64,000 bases of DNA, from positions 93,930,001 through 93,994,000 of the forward strand of contig NC_082714.1 in NCBI RefSeq assembly GCF_030144855.1. The letters run 5' to 3'. The DNA is from Hypanus sabinus. Taxonomy: Eukaryota. The translations under genes were made by a program, and so were the position numbers. Position 1 is the stretch's first letter. Every line of letters starts with the position of its first letter. Below, one piece after another: positions 12,973 to 26,400 of this stretch. The notes below the pieces were generated by a model. The model saw only the letters and a list, made by a program, of their open reading frames with translations, searched no databases and was not told the origin of the DNA.

Positions 12973-13507
12973 TGTTATGGATCCGGCCTGAACACTGGGT
13001 CAAAGGGGATCTGCTGATACCTCTGGACCACGACAGCCCTGAAATTCTACCTTCTTTCACCTGGCCATGTGGGCTTTGAACCAGCCCCTTCCCTAATTGG
13101 ACTCTCGCCAATTACCCACTTATCTACTCAATAGTACCCACCTGTTTCTGTTCTCGCTCATTACCCGGTCTATTTAAATCCAGGCACAACTCACACTCTC
13201 TGCCTGTTCGTCCCAGTCCTCAACTGAGTCGTTCCAGCCTGCTATAGTGACTACTGCCAACGGAAATTGTTGAATTCTGTGTTTCCGTATTCTGCCTGTT
13301 TGAAACCTGATTCCTGCCTAAAGCACCCGTAATCGTCTGCCCTTGCAGGACAGCCTTTCCCGGGTAAGACCTCCGTCTGCCATTCCGGCTTCGTGCCTGC
13401 CTCCTGGTGTTGAAAGACTGTTGCCCCTGTGGCCGCTAATAAAATCCTGGTAAAAGAACATTCATTGGTCTGCACTTGAGTCCTACCGCAACCGGCCCCT
13501 CCTGACA
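12973..13507 (+). repeat. sushi-like 3' LTR
   Basis: TGTTATGG...CCTGACA; follows the PPT; TATTTAAA at 13171. Confidence 0.93.
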
Positions 13508-14664
13508 AATATACATTTTGGTCTAATTGATATATGAAGCGACTTTTAGTCCCAAATGAAGGGATTACGCTCATTATCTCACCCTCCCCCCCATTCTGTA
13601 TATACAAGAATAGCATTTGGAAAAGACTAAGTCAAAATAAACACCTGTGGAATTGGAACAATAGATGTAAGTGACCATGCACCAATATACTTTTCTGTTG
13701 ATTTTGACCTACAGCCAAAGAATACTATTTGGAAACTAAATTCATGTCTGCTCAATGATCCTTATTTTAAGGAACAAATTAAAAAAATGGTCTTCACTTA
13801 GAATTCAATGATAGTGGAGAAGTTTCACCTCCCATTCTATGGGATACTCTGAAGGCTGTTTCAAAAGGGAAAATTAAAGCGGTATCTTCATGTAAGAAAA
13901 AAATAAGGAATAATACGTTAAAAGAATTACAAAATAGGCCGAATAAACCAGAAAAAAAAAACAAATTGAATTTGGCACAGGATATATTAGAGGAAATTAA
14001 AATAATTAGGGATGAAATTAATAGTTTTGCTACACAAGAAATCAGGAAAAAATTATTGTTTCTGAAACAGATACATTATGAAAGTAATTCTAAGTCTATG
14101 AAGATACTGGCGTGGAAACTGAAAAAAAAAAATCAGAAATTACAACTCATAGCATTAGGAATCCAAGAAACAAAAATGATTCAAAGAAAATAAGTTAAAT
14201 GAAATTCAAGAAGCTTTTTAAGTATTTTACAAAACTCTATATTCCAAGGTTTCTAGGGAAAGCAGAACCCAAATTGACACCTTCCGGGATGCTCTAGAGT
14301 TACCCACTTTAAGCGAAGAACAAAATAGAACGATGACTGCTGACATGACTGAAGTTGAATTATAAGCTGCAATTAGTAGGGTTAAATTAAGCGAATCATC
14401 CGGATCAGATGGGTATACGGCAGAGTGGTACAAATAATTTAAAATGAGTAAATTTCTGTCTCACTCCTCACACTGAACTGGGCTCTAAAAAAAGATACAA
14501 ATGCCACCCAGCTGGAAGGAAGTGATAATCTCAGCTATCCCGAAAGAAGGCAATGATAAAATGGAATGTGGGTCATTTAGACCATTATCCGTTCTTAATG
14601 TAAATTATAGATTATTTAGCTGCATCATGGCCAAACGATCAGAAGAGTTTCTACCCAGACTGAT
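13508..14664 (+). mobile_element. L1-clade LINE, segment 2 (end of endonuclease to start of RT region)
   Basis: Continues the L1 frame (SDHAP-like remnant, ILWDTLKAV, SGSDGYTAEWY, WKEVIISAIPKEG). Confidence 0.85.
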
Positions 14665-17485
14665 TGTTACATACCCCGTGGGTATCTTGTGACTGTCTTA
14701 TCGCCATGATGTAATTGAATATCTGGAGGGCATGGTGTAATGGTGTTGTGAAGTTGGAGTGATGAAATTTCCCGCCAGTTTGAAGTCACGTGATGACCTG
14801 TTCCAACAGGTATTAATGGGAGAGACTGCTGTGACGCAGGATTTTTTTGTGCTGAGACGTCGTTAGTTACTCCGTTATTCTGCGTAATTGATTTCATGAC
14901 AGTTTCGTTTTAAAATTGAGTTTTAATTTCTACTGTAAGGATCTCAAACGTTATTGCCGGCAGTTTCCAAAACGCTGCCAGTTGTGTTTTAATTTAATTT
15001 TAGTCTAAGTATTGGAGAGTGAAGATTGAACCGAAGTACGGGAGCCCGGAAGGATCCAGTAAAGTTGGTGTCCTCGGCATTTTGATACGGGATTTATTGG
15101 TCTTTGTTCAAGGAAGCAGTAAATTCCAACCGAGATAACCGTTGCATTGCACTAAGAGCAGAAAGGGTTGGGAGTAGCTTTATTCGTTCAAGGAAAAGGT
15201 CAGTTCCTTGAAGCCGTTTTTATTATCCCATGAGGCGGCGCGGCACGGCAGCAACGGGCCTTTCAGACTTGGTGTTACTTTAGTTTAATTTTCTATTTTA
15301 AATTTGATACACAGTTTTCGACTAGGGCACATGGATAACAGAGCGGCTATTTACAATCGCCAGATACTACTATAATACAGAGATCGCCCCAAAACAAACC
15401 TCCACAAAGATCTGCTGGCTGAATTACGCGACCTCCGCTTGCTGAGGGGAACGGGCCTACATTCCTCGGACTTGCCTGATGCTGGTAGCCGGAGATGGCG
15501 ACGACAAAAGCGATGTGCGAGGAAGCAGAAGCGAGGCAAACGGGCAGGGGTCCGTGCCAGGCCAAAAGCAGCAGGCCGGCTCTCCCGTCCATTCTGCTCG
15601 CCAATTTCCGCTCCCTGTCCAATAACATGGACTACATCCGACTCCAACGTAATACTCGGCGGGAGTACAGACTTTGTTCGGCGTATGTGTTCACAGAGAC
15701 ATGGCTCACTGATGGGATTTCGGACACTGCCATCGAGCTAAACGGGTTAACTTTGTTTCGTTCGGACAGAGATGCAGCTCTGTCCGGTAAGACTCGCGGT
15801 GGTGTGTTTACATCAACACGGAATGGTGTAAGCACTATGTGCTCGTTTCCAGACACTGCTCATCGCTAGGGGAGTTTGTAGCAGTTCGATGCAGACCATT
15901 TATTTGCCCTGGGGATTCAGCTCTTTCCTTATATTCGGTGTGTACATTCCCCCCAGCGCTAATGCTAATGAGGCGCTCTGTGAACTGTAGGGGGCTATTA
16001 GCGAACTGCAGAATGCACGCGCTGATGATCTGTTTATTGTCGCCGGCGATTGTAACCACGCGAATCTTAAGTCTGTGTTCCCCAGTTTCCATCAGAACGT
16101 GCACTCAGCAACGAGAGGGGAGAACGCGTTGGACCTGGTTTGCACGAACATCCCCAACGCGTACCGGGCAGAGCCCCGCCCCCACCTCGGATACTCGGAC
16201 CACAGCTCTGTTATGCTAATTCCAGCCTGCTGACCGCTCATGTGACGCTCCAGACCTGTTCAGAAGCAGGTGGAAACCTGGCCAGCAGGAGCCATCACTG
16301 CTCTTCAAGACTGATTTGAGCTCACCGACAGGCACATATTCATGGAGGCTGCAACCGATGGAGACTCTACCAACTTTGAGGAGTGCACAGCATCAGTGAC
16401 CAGCTACATCAGCAAGTGCATTGATGATGTTACTCTGTCCAAGACCGTCACTATACGTACCAACCAGAAGCCATGGATGATCGCAGAGGTGCGTGGGCTG
16501 CTGAGGTCCCGCGACTCCGCCTTCAGAGCAGGCTACAAGCCATCTGTAACAACAGTAAGGGCATCTTCCACCCACCATCCTCATCACATTGTATTGAGAA
16601 CATCCCGAGCAGATGCATCACTGCCTGCCTCGGAAATTACACCATCTCGGATGGCAGGACACTGCAGCGGATAGTGAGGTTAGCTGAGAAGATCATTGGG
16701 TCTCTCTTCTAGCCATCACGGCCATTTTCACTACACGCTGCATCCGGAAAGGAAACAACACTATGAAGGACCACATGCACCCCTCATACAATCTCTTCTC
16801 ACTCCTGCCGTCTGGGAAATGTCTCCGAAGCATTCGGGCTCTCACGAAAAGACTATGTAACGGTTTCTTCCCCCAAGCTATCAGACTCCTCAATACCCGA
16901 AGCCTGGACTGACACGTGGCCATACTGACCTGTTTATTATTTATTGTAAATGCCTACACTTTTTTCCGGACTTTATGCAGTCCTGTGTAGGTCTGTAGTC
17001 TGGTGTAGCTTCCTCTGTGTTGTTTATTTCATTACGTAGTTCAGTCCGGTTTTTTGTACTGTGTCATGTATCACCATGGTCCTGAAAAACGTTGTCTCAT
17101 TTTTACTATGCACTGTACCAGTTGTTATGGTCGAAATGTCAATAAAAGTGACTTGTCTTGACTTGATTTGACTTGATTTCCTTTGTCGTAAATACTTCGG
17201 GCAAAGCTTATTTCTGCTGGAATCAGCAGTAACGTCGCGTCGTCGAGGAATTCGTTTAATCAGGAGAGTCTCTCCTAATTGACTGTGGAAATCATTCGGA
17301 CTTTCGCATATACCACTTTAAGAACTGTTCGAGTTGCCGCAAAACAGTTAACTTCCGGTTAAATTAATCGTATATTACTTTTCATTTTTTATTGAGCATT
17401 GTTTAATAAATGCTTAATTTGTTTATAAAAAAAAACTGTCGCAATTCTATATTCATTGTAGCCGGAGAACTACCATAGCATAACA
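14665..17485 (+). mobile_element. Solo LTR related to the Gmr1-like LTR, interrupted by a Rex-Babar LINE
   Basis: Starts TGTTACATACCCCGTGGGTATCTTG (similar to the reverse complement of the Gmr1-like LTR end) and ends ...ATAACA. Flanks CTGAT/TTGAT resemble a TSD, and the L1 sequence resumes seamlessly after it. Confidence 0.72.
15235..17176 (+). mobile_element. Rex1/Babar-like LINE with an internal deletion of RT
   Basis: [10 protein letters not shown]...[17 protein letters not shown]...FTETWL endonuclease start; KPWM linker; jumps near 16562 to the 3' region; (GACTT)n-like tail at 17150-17176. The start is approximate. Confidence 0.75.
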
Positions 17486-17486
17486 T

Positions 17487-19502
17487 TGATACCTAACGAT
17501 CTGACAGATTTTATACAACAACGCCAAACACAAGACAATATACGAAGGACACTTCACCTTACGGATAATATACAAAAAAAAATAAAATCGAAGCAATATT
17601 GATAAGTGCAGACGCCGAAAATGCATTTGAATCGGTGATGGGAATTTTCTTTACAGAGTTTTATATAGATTTGGTTTCCATGACACAATTATTAAAACTG
17701 TACAGGCACCATATGACAACACTTCTGCTAGGATTAAAATCAATGGATATTTATCAAATAGCCCTGCCCTAGAAAGTGGCAAACAACAGGGTTGTGCATT
17801 GTCACCGCTATTCTTCACATTATTTATTATACCATTAGCTTAATACATCAGACAAAATGAAGATATCAGGGGAATTACTATTAAAGGGACAGAACATAAA
17901 TTGTCCTGTTACGCGGATGACATTTTGATCTATCTAGGGCAAGCAACATACCCGTTACCTAAATTGATGAAATCCTTTGAACAATATGGTCAATTATCAG
18001 GATACAAGATCAAGATAGATAAAACCCACTTACTTTCATAAAACTATAGCCACCAAAAGAAATTGAAAGTAGACATCCTTGGGGCATGGCAAACAGAGTC
18101 TTTAAAATATTTGGACATCCTTATGAAAAAGATTTGGCAAAATGATCAGAATGCAATTATCAGCATATATATTAAAACATAAGATAGATACAACAAGATG
18201 GAACTTAATTATCGTTTAAAATTTTGGTTCAATGATTGAATCTATTAAAATTAAAACACTGCCCAGACTATTATAACTCTTTCAAACACTACCAATAGAG
18301 ATTAATCAAAATCAATTCAGTGAATGGAACAAGATGTTATATAGATATATTTGGCATTGTAAAAGGCCCAGAGTTCGTCTCAAAACATTGCAATTAGCCA
18401 AAGAAAAGTGGGGTAGGGCCTACCTTCTGATAGAGATTATTATTTTGCAGCACATTTGAGCGCTGTGATGTGTTGGGGCAACCCAACATATGACGCTCAT
18501 TGGGAAAACATTGAGGATGCGGGTAATTCCTTTCCCCATACAGGCGATTTTGGCTGATAACAACCTACAAAGGTACATAAATACCATTGAAAACCCATGC
18601 GTGAAATGGACACTTAAAATATGAAAAAGTATTATAAAAGAATATAAACTAGAGGGAGTTATTTCAATTATTAAATGGTGTGCATATGACTCGGATTTTA
18701 CGCCGAATAAACTAGAGCAAAAGGAATAACAGTTCTTTGCAATATCATGAAAGAAAGAACACTGTACAATTTTGAAAAGCAGAGAATTCAGTTAACGATA
18801 GCAGAATCATTTCAAACGTGTATAAGGTTTTGTCAAATCTGAAAACACATTCGAATTCATACATTAAAACGACGGGAGAAGGAAGGAAGGATAATTATAC
18901 CTGAGGAAGAATGAAGAATAATATGGAGGTATCAATTGAAGTGTACCAGTTCACAGAAATGGAGGGAGTTCGGATGGAAAATCTTGATAAAATATTTTAT
19001 TACACATTGTCAGAAATTCCATTATGAAAGTAACCTCCCTGTTTGCTGGAGAAATTGTGTCAATCTAAATGCAAAGTATTATCATATTTTCTGTAATGTC
19101 TGTTATCAAAGCCGATCGGAGTGGAATACACAATGCCCTACAAGACATCAATGGACATTTACAGAACGGAGAAGATAACAGCAACAGTTAATCATAATTT
19201 GGAACAATTTGATTCATACTGGGAAAATGGTTGAACTGCAGAACACCTCATAGGCCTGATTTTATTCTCACAAATCAATGAATATGTTGTAAAAAATTGT
19301 CACTCCCTAATTGTACATAGTTTTCTGTTTTCGCTGGTTCTTTCTTTACTCTCTTCTCTATAAGTGTATACCTCAGGTAACTATTATGTGGAGATTTGCG
19401 GCATATATAACGTTATTATATGTATGTACAATATCTGAAATACAACTTGTGTAAATTTTTGTTTGATGATGAACTTCAATAATATAATTTACAGAAAAAA
19501 AA
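17487..19502 (+). mobile_element. L1-clade LINE, segment 3 (RT to 3' end with A tail)
   Basis: QGCALSP-like motif, YADD at 17910-17921, 3' end AATATAATTTACAG followed by an A-run. Confidence 0.85.
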
Positions 19503-19693
19503 GGCTTAGAATATGCTAGAATCACAACATCAACGTTAGTCCTAATAAATGATCCCGTAGATATCTTGTTAATCCAGGAGCGTCAGGTCTTCATTCGTTC
19601 AAAGAATTTCAGTGTGACCCAAGGTTCGGTATGTTTCGATCCAACGAGCTAAAAACCAATCGGATTATCATCTTCGGGCAGAGCAGGATTAAA

Positions 19694-19726
19694 CTAAAGA
19701 GAGGCATGAAGGATCGGCGCTTGGGA
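19694..19726 (-). pseudogene. Gene 0: terminal coding exon of an ITIM-type receptor paralog with the Tyr lost (SQAPILHASL*)
   Basis: Acceptor ...tatattctag|TCC. 28 of 33 nt identical to 63968-64000. Recognisable 3' UTR similarity between 19503-19693 and about 63775-63937. Confidence 0.72.
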
Positions 19727-20046
19727 CTAGAATATATACCAAACATTGTTAATTAAAGTTATCGCAGAGCATAATCTACCATTGTTTAGTGGGGTACCGA
19801 CTATGCCGACCTTCCACTTTGAGAAACCTCCTTAAAAAACTCAAACACATTCGTAAAATATGGCTCCCGTTTCATAAGTCTGACTCCGTTCATACCCATC
19901 ATTTTTGTATCGAATATCAAGATTGTGCATCTTAGATAGGTGCTTAGAGAGCGTCCGTACCTAAGCCGTACTGCCGTGTCCCTGACGCGTTGCGGATTGA
20001 GGATTGTGTCCCTGTGCCCTGTGTATTGTGTATGGTTTTGAGCAAA

Positions 20047-20191
20047 NNNNNNNNNNNNNNNNNNNNNNNNNNNNNNNNNNNNNNNNNNNNNNNNNNNNNN
20101 NNNNNNNNNNNNNNNNNNNNNNNNNNNNNNNNNNNNNNNNNNNNNNNNNNNNNNNNNNNNNNNNNNNNNNNNNNNNNNNNNNNNNNNNNNN
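20047..20191. other. Assembly gap
   Basis: Run of N. Confidence 1.
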
Positions 20192-20259
20192 ATAGACGGA
20201 AAGAGATGTATGAATGTACGAAGAAAGGGAAAGAGATAGAGACAGATAGGGACAGAAAT

Positions 20260-22790
20260 TGCCTTAAATACACCCAACGACTTGGGCTCCACAGCTGCCT
20301 GTGGTAATAAATTCCATATATTCACCACATTCTGTCGAAAGCAACTTCTCATCATCTCTGTTTTAAATGGACGCGCCTGAGTCTGTGTCCTGTAGCCCAA
20401 GACACCACCATCATGGGAAATATGTTTTCTACATCTACTCTGCCTCAGACTTTGAACATTCGAAAAATTTAAACGAGATTCCCTCCCCATTGCCTTCTAA
20501 ATTCCAGTGAATATAGCCCCAGAGCGTTCTCCCTGTGATAAACCTTTCATTCCCAGAGTCATCTTTGTGAAACTCACCTAAACTCTTTTTAATGTCAGCA
20601 CATTATTTCTTAGATGAGGAACTCAAAATAGTTTACAACACTCAAGATGAGGCCGTACCAGTACCTTGTAAAGCCTCAGCATCACACCACTGACCTTGTA
20701 TTCTAGACCTCTTGAAATTAATGCTAAATTGTATTTGCATTCCTCATCACCGACTCCACCTGCAGTAACGGTCCCTTTCGGCAATCGCCCACCTGGTTAT
20801 TTTCCTCAGGAATTGGGCTTCAATCACCTCGTTTAGTTCCCAATCATTCCCAGGTTCTACTAACTACAAACACCTGCCTTCCATCAGCAAATGCAGTATA
20901 AAAATCCTGTGACCACACCAAGGATCTGCCAGTTCCCTGGTCGATTCGTGTACGAGCAACCTCGTTCCATGGTTCTTAGGACTACCAGTACTAAGTCTAG
21001 CATCGTTCCTGAATTCTCTACTAAAACCAGGACTCCGGGTAAAGACTTTCTTGGCACCAGTTCCGTGCCCGTCTTCAGCACTTGGGTTCGTTCCACCGCC
21101 ACGTCTTTACAACCCCTGCACGTTCATCTTTAGGCATAAGGGCGACCAAGTCCCTTTATATATCAGATTTTGGGATTTCTTCCGCTCTTGGATAATAATC
21201 GGCACAATTATTTCTTCTACATGTCCATGCATTTTTCAGCATTGTATTTCATTTGCTCAACACTACCTGAAACTACACCTATCTTCGTAACATCTGCAAA
21301 ATTAGCAAGGAATCCATCTATTCCCTCATCTAAATCATTAATATGGAGCATAAAACGAAGCCGTCAGCATACCGTCCCTTGCAGAACCCTACTAGTCACT
21401 GGCAGCCAATCAAAACGCTTCTTTTTATTCCCACTCGCTGCCCCTGCCAATCAGCCAATATTGTAAACATACCAGTAAATTTTCTGTAATACCTTGGGCC
21501 TCTTAACTTGCCAAACAGCCTTATGCGTAGCACCTTATCAAAAGCCTTCTTAAAGTCCAAGTGTAAAAGATCCACTGCACCCCCTTTATCTATCTTACTT
21601 GTAATCTCCTTAAATAATTTCAACAGGTTGGTCATGCAAGATATTTTCTAAAGTCTTCTGGCAGCATACCAGAGTTCAATGATTGTTGCAAGATCATTAC
21701 TAATGCCTCCACAATGTCTACAGCTACCTATTCCAGAACCCTATGGGGCAGCTCATCTGGCCCGTTTGACTTACCTGAGCTGTTTTAGAGTTTTACCTTC
21801 TCCTTTGTAATAGTAACTGCACTCACTTCTCTTCCCTATAGTCTTGAACAGCTGGCACAGTGCTCGCGTCTTCCACAGCGAGGACTGATGCAAAATAAGC
21901 ATTTGGTTCATCTAGTATATTATTTCTCTGCACTCATTTTCCCATCGGTCTTTTATCAACTCTCACTTCTTTCTTTATCACTTATTTCGGAACTGCTTTT
22001 ACTAAAGACTTTGATATAGTTTGCGAGCTTGTTTTTGTATTTAATCTTTTCTCACCTAATGATGATTTTCATTGTTCTCTATAGGTTTTTAAGAGCTGCC
22101 CAATCGTCTGTTTTCTCACAAATTTTTGCTTTGTGATATGTCCTCTCTTTTACTTTTACATTAGCTTTGACTTCCCTTGTCATCCCAGATTGTGCTATTT
22201 TTCCAAATTCCTATTTACTTATTGTTGGAATGCATCTATCCTACATTTGTCCCATTTTTTCCCAGAATCTCACACCAATGATACTCTGCTGACATCCTTG
22301 CAAGCTTCTCCTTCCAACTTACTTTGGTCAACTGCTCTCTCATACCACTGAAATTTCCTCTAATCCACTGACGTAGTGTAACTTCAGACGATCCTTTCTT
22401 TATCAATTTTTAAGCTGAAAATCATATTGTGATCACTGGATTCTAAGGGTTCTTTTACCTTAGGCACCCTTATCGCCTCCAGTTCATTACTTAACATCCA
22501 GATAGCTGATCCTTCAGAATGTTCAAAAACAAACCGCTCTAAAAGTCCATCTCGTATGCATTCCACAAACTCACTCACTTGAAATCCATTACCAACCTTA
22601 TTTTTCCAATCGAACTGCATGTTGAAATCCCTCACAACTATTACTTTTGACACCTCTTTTCTATTTTCCGTTGTATTCTGTGGTCCTCATCCCAGCTACT
22701 ATATATAGCTGCTATTAGGGTCATTGTAACCTTGCAGTTACTTAACACATCCCACAAGGATTCAACATTTTCTGATCCTACACTATGTCA
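20260..22790 (-). mobile_element. CR1 LINE fragments (3' end, RT and endonuclease remnants); boundaries approximate
   Basis: VDLLHLDFKKAFDKV (ORF 21396-21635), SSDHNMI (ORF 22384-22653), CR1 3' remnants at 20260-20880. Confidence 0.75.
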
Positions 22791-23479
22791 CATCTGGTAA
22801 CGGCTCAATTTTCAGTGTGTCACTTAGCATCTACCCCTGCAACCTGGTGTGCACTAGTCCATTATTCCCGATTTATTGGGACTGAGTTACTTTCATTGGG
22901 GCATTTGAACACCAGCATCATTATGAGTCCTTTGTTATAGACTAGATGAAACAAGGATGGTAGACTTAGTCCCGATTCATCAGTAAACTAAAAAACGCAG
23001 GGCAACCATGGATTCCATTTTCAAATGTTTGTAGATTTATTTATTTGTCAGTAAATTTGAAAGCCACACTTGGCTCGAGGGCATTCGACTTCGTGTCCTC
23101 GTGGCTGCGGCCGGCCTGGTAGCTCTCCGGAACAAATCTAATCACTGTCTTGGCTTCATCTGATCATCTGCACCACTGCTTCGATAGCCTGCTCCAATCA
23201 TTGCCATCCCGCTGCCATCAGGATGACTGCGTGTTCCCACCTCCGAAATCATCAGATCATCGCCACGCCCTTTCTGACAAACTTCAAACAACCACTGGCC
23301 TCATACCTCCTGACAAATGTCACTACAAGAATCTTATCTCTTGTTTCACTTGGGGTAAAGTTTGAAAGTAGTAGTTTACTAACGGCGACATCCTTCATGG
23401 ATATTTTAAATAAGTTCTTTCTCAGGGAAACAGAACACATTACACCCGCACAGTCAGTTTCCTAGAAAGAGGGAAACAT

Positions 23480-26400
23480 AGAAACGTCGAAGAACTACAG
23501 CACAATACAGGCCCTTCGGTCCACAATACCACTCAACATCTTATGCCCCTCTATCAGTTTACCTCTCATTCTCCGTCCCTCCAAGGAGAAAAGGTCATGT
23601 TCACTCAACGTATTCTCGTAAGGCATGCTCCCCAATCCAGGCAACATCCTTGTAAATCTCCTCTGCACGCTTTCTATAGTTTCAACATCCTTCCTGCCGT
23701 GAGGTGAACAGAACAGAGCACAATTCTCCAAGTGGAGTCTCAGCAGGGACCTATATAGCTGTAACATTACCTTTCGACACTTAAACTCAATGCTACTGTT
23801 GATGAAAGGTAATGCACCGTTGCCGTCTTCACCACAGATACAAACAGCAGAGCGGCTTTGAGTATTCTATGGACTTGGACCACAAGAACCTTCTGATCCT
23901 CCACACTACCAAGAGTTTTGCCATTAATAGAGAGAGTACAGAAAAGATTTAATAGAATGTTACCTGGGTTTCAGCACCTAAGTTACAGAGAAAGGTTGAA
24001 CACGTTAGGCCTTTATTCTTTGGAGTGTAGAAGGTTGAGGCGGAACTTGAGAGAGGTATTTAAAATTTTGAGGGGTATAGATAGAGTTGACGTCGATAGG
24101 CTTTTTTTTCCATTCAGAGTAGTGGAGACTCAAACAAGAGGACATGAGTTGAGAGTTAAAGGACAAAAGTTTAGGGGTAATACGAGGGGGATTGTGTTTA
24201 CACAGAGTGTAGTAGCTGTGTGGAACGACCTTCGTGTAGAAGTGGTTGAGGTAGGTTCGATATTGTCAATTAAACTAAAAGTGGACAGGAAAAGGAATGG
24301 AGGGTTATGGGCTGAGTGCAGGCCGGTGGGACTAGGTGACAGTAAGTGTTCGGCACGGACTAGAGCGGCCGAGATGACCTGTTTCCGTGCTGTAATTTTT
24401 ATATGGTTATATGGTTATTAATACTATATTCTGTCATCATATTTGACCTACTAAATGGAAGCAACTCACACCTATTGGTGGTGAACTCCATCTGCCATTT
24501 TTCAGCCCTGTTTTGCATCCTCTTGATGCCCCGCTGTACCCTCTGACAGGCCTCCACACAAACCTCAACACCCACACTCTTTGTGACATCAGCAAATTTT
24601 CTAACCAATCCCCCCCTTCCTCTTGCAGATCAGTTATAAGTCACGAAGAGAAGGGGTCTCAGAACAGATCCCAGAGGCACAGCCCTGGGAACCGACCTTC
24701 CTGCAGAATATAACCCGTTTATAACCACTCTTTGCCTTCTGTTGTCAAACCAATTCCGGATCCACAAAACAAGGTCCCCTCGGATCCGATGCCTCCTTAC
24801 TTTCTCAATAAGTCTTGCATGTGGTTCCTTATCAAATGATTTGCTGAAATCCGTATACACTACATCTACTGTTCTACCTTCATCAACGTGCTTGGTCACA
24901 TCCTCAAAATATTCAATCAGGCTCGAAGTAAAGTATTCATTAAGTACCTTAGCTATGTCCTCCGTTTCCATACACACTTTTCCACTATCACACTTAATTG
25001 GTCCTATTCTCTCACGACTATATTCGGTTGCTCGTCACATACATGAAAAATGCATTGGGGTTTTCCTTAATTCCGCCCGCCAAGGTCTTCTCACTGCCTC
25101 TTCTGGCTCTTCTAATTTACTTCTTTAAGCTCCTTCCCAGCCTTATAATCTTCTAGATCTCTAACATTACCTAGCTCTGTGAACTTTTTTTAAGCTTTCC
25201 TTTTCTTCTTGATTTTCTACAGCACGTTTCCTGTACCCTACCATAACATCCCTGTCTCATTGGTACGTACCTATACAGAACACTAGACAAATATCCTCTG
25301 AAGAATTGCCAGATTTCTTCGGTAGATTTCCCTGAAAACATTTGTTTCCAAGTTAAGCATCCGATTTTCTGCCCGTTAACCTCATAACTCCTCTTACTCC
25401 ATTTAAATGTTTTTCTAACTTATCTGTTCCTATCCGTCTCTAATTCTGTGGTAAACAGAGAACGTATTGATCACTATCTCCAAACTGCTCTCCCACTGAG
25501 AGATCTGACACCTGACCAGGTTAATTTCCCTGTACCAAATCAAGTACAGCTCTGCTCTTGCAGGCTTATTTACATACGGTGTCAAGAAACCTTCCTGACA
25601 CACTCCACTCCAACTAAACGCCCCCCCCCCCGTCTAGGGAGATGCCAATCGATATTTAGGAAATTCAAACTCCCTTCATGACAACTCTGTTATTATTATT
25701 ACCCCTTTCCAGGATCTGTTCCCCTATCTGCTCCTCGATATGCCTGTTACTATTAGGCGACCTATAAAAAACACCTAGTAAAGTTATTGACCCCTACCTA
25801 TTCCTAACCTCCATGCACAGAGACTCTGTAGAGAATCTCTCCATGGCGTCTAACTTTTCTGCTGACGTGTCACTAACTGAGTTCAACAGTGCCACACCCC
25901 CAACTCTTTTACCTTCCTCCCTCTTCTTTCAGAAACATCTAAGACGCAACACCTGAAGTAACCATTCCTGTCCCTGAGCCATCCAAGTCTCGTAACGGTC
26001 ACGACATCGTATCTCCAAGTACAGATCCACGGTCTAATCTATTCTGCTTTGTTCACAAAAGGCTTGCGTTAAAATAGACACTTCTCAAGCCGTCGGTCTG
26101 ATCGCGTCCGTTCTCACTCACAAGCCTGTCCTCCCTCACACACTATCCAAAGTCTATCTATTTGTGAGCCAACCGCCTCATCCCCAGTCTCTTCAGTTCG
26201 GCTTCCACCCTCCAACAGTTTAAATTCTCCCCATTTGCCTTAGAAAACCTTTCCGTCAGGATATTGGTTCCCCTGGGATTCAAGTCGAACCCGTCCTTTT
26301 TGTATAGGTAACACCTGCCCCAAAAGAGGTCCCAATGATCCAGTAATATGAAACCCCGCCCCTGTCGCAATCGCTCAGCCAAACATATATCACCCTGTTC

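Larger units (their letters stand above)
1635..13507 (+). mobile_element. Ty3/Gypsy chromovirus (sushi-like) LTR retrotransposon, full length, decayed pol
   Basis: TG...CA LTRs at 1635-8685 (interrupted) and 12973-13507. PPT ggggaggggggtac precedes 12973. Order gag-PR-RT-RH-INT-chromodomain. Flanks AATAC/AATAT form a near-perfect 5-bp TSD inside the L1 endonuclease. Confidence 0.93.

Noticed and set aside
15347-16923. Many overlapping short ORFs on both strands
   Set aside because: All are explained by the GC-rich Rex-Babar insertion.
19801-20490. 229-aa ORF and neighbouring ORFs across gap 1
   Set aside because: Artefact of translating through Ns; the far side is CR1 sequence.
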